Below are positions 62,397-64,000 of a stretch of DNA of 64,000 nt, piece after piece (the first letter of the stretch is position 1; every line of letters begins with the position of its first letter). Source of the stretch: Basidiobolus meristosporus CBS 931.73 (taxonomy: Eukaryota; Fungi; Basidiobolomycota); assembly GCA_002104905.1 (NCBI GenBank), contig MCFE01000303.1:1-64000 (forward strand), written 5' to 3'. A program made the position numbers and the translations under genes. The notes under the pieces were generated by a model. It searched no databases, had not been told where the DNA came from, and saw only the letters and a program-made list of their open reading frames with translations.

Positions 62397-64000
62397 TGAC
62401 AACTAAGTGCAGAATCTTAGAAATGTCAAGAGTGCCTGAAGTATTAGCAGAGATGTTCTGGTCTAATATTGGTCTTATATATAGCTGAGTTGGGCTTATA
62501 AAGGCAACAGAGTAGGTTTGCTATGCAGGCTAGGCTTGGTGTTCTTGAGAGTGCTAGATATGCTAAGCTTGGGTAGAAACTAGAATGGATTTGTTGAATT
62601 CTTAATTTTCTTGAGACACACACTAAACCAAAGGGTTCAGTAAGCTATATTTATATTTTCTGACTGAGTTGCATTAGTAAGCACCAAGAGACTGGACTAA
62701 TTGAAATCTGTTGGGGTGTTGATAGGTGCATAAAATAAATGAAAAATTGCCTCATTAATCAGCTGATGTCTTGGCTACAACTAAGTGGTTGGATAAATAT
62801 CAGATGACTAATCACTTGGAAAGGCTTAGCAAATCAGTTGAGGACATAATGACCACATGAAAATTAATCAGGTGTGACAGCTAAATATAGATTCTGAGAA
62901 GTGATAAAATAAATCATAACAGGGATTAGTTATGTTTGGATTAGGGAAAATCAGTTAGGGTACTAGATTTTCTAAAGGAGTGAAATTGGCCAAGTTTTAA
63001 AGGTTGATGGACAACATCACTTCCTCTTGGGAGAGGAGTTTTTTGATATCCTCTGGGTTCCCCTGTGGCTCCAATACTGATCAATAATGGCAATCTCATC
63101 AAAGTTGGTGTAAGGTTCCCAGGTGTTGTGTTTGGCATCCTAACCTTTCCACTTGACTAAATAAAGGCAATTTGGTTCTTCACCATCATGGTCAGCAAAA
63201 GCTTTAACTTCATAGGATTCAGAAGTAACTGGGTCTTGAGATATAAGTTTGAGTGAAGAAGGTGGAAAGTTTTTGGGTAGTAGTGCTCCGGTGTTGTCCT
63301 GAAGTACATAAGATCCTCCAGTGGTATGTCTTACAACTTTCAATGGGCCTTCATACTTGGGGTCAAGTTTACATTGTTGGATTGGATCTAGTGTCATGAC
63401 ATATGATCCATTGGGAAAGCTGCTGTTCCTGTGTCTTGAGGCATATGTTGAAGTCATCTTTTGCTCTGTGGCCTTACTTCTGGCACTGATAGCAGGGTAG
63501 ACAATGTTTGTAAGGTGCTCAAGCTGGTTCTTTAGCTGGTCTGTATTCAAACTTGCTAGCTGTGTATGCTGGTAGTCCCCAAAGTGGTTGTATCTTCTTC
63601 CAAACATCAAAGAAGATGGTGTTGATCCATGTAGAGCGGCGATTTTGGTGTTGATAGCATACTGAACAGTGGAAATGTACTTGTCCCAATTCATCTTGAT
63701 ATCATTGATAGATTTCCTGATGATGTTCACTGAGGTCTGAACATGTCTTTCATCAAGTCCATTAGCTTTTGGATGATATGGAGTGATCAGATGGTGATCA
63801 ATGGCACTATTCTGGCAGAGGGCTTTGATAACATGATTTACAAATTCTATTCCATTACCCAATTGAATCACCTTAGGGAATCCAAAAAGGCAGAAGAGCT
63901 TGAATAGTGCTTGACTAATAGTGGCAGCATACTTGTCTGGGATAGCTTCTAGGAAGACAAAAAGTGTGCAGACATCCACAATTACAAAGAGGTAGTGATT
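62397..64000 (-). mobile_element. Chromoviral Ty3/gypsy 3' end (integrase, chromodomain, PPT, 3' LTR about 62397-63016), runs off the window
   Basis: rve core FGFPKVIQ...NGIEF...YHPKANG, GPY/F-like LDPKYEGP, chromodomain YEV...YLVKWKG*D...NTWEP, then AAGAGGAAGTGA before TGTTG. The LTR's far end is approximate. Confidence 0.8.

Noticed and set aside
62935-62962. Two TTAGGG hexamers in the chromovirus LTR
   Set aside because: Not tandem; compatible with chance.

Overview
Eukaryotic fungal genomic DNA, not prokaryotic. Short 55-80 bp GT-AG introns and the gene content point to an early-diverging fungus; Basidiobolus-like is my inference, not confirmed. Three zones. (1) 1-2.3 kb: CpG-depleted Ty1/copia debris. 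(2) About 4-42 kb: gene-dense block with LONRF, an O-fucosyltransferase-like gene, TMEM41/TVP38, LACTB2, GAR1, RPL6, succinyl-CoA ligase beta, ATG13, a zinc metalloprotease, CDC1/MPPE1, an Alba protein, GPI/secreted proteins, a bacterial-type GH8 and a CsbD-like gene. (3) 43.5-64 kb: transposon cluster. Its centre is a four-level nest that can be reconstructed to the base. A decayed ORF (probably CACTA-associated) is split by a 3.4-kb PIF/Harbinger-ISL2EU-type (PHIS) element with ATT target duplications and an intact transposase that has no CpG. The second ORF of that element is split by a full-length Ty3/gypsy element with an unexplained third ORF. The gypsy RNase H is split by a 734-bp foldback MITE carrying the PHIS element's own left terminus at both ends. 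The gypsy copy shows clear CpG-directed C-to-T damage. No tRNA, rRNA or CRISPR features were recognised. Coordinates and counts were read by eye.
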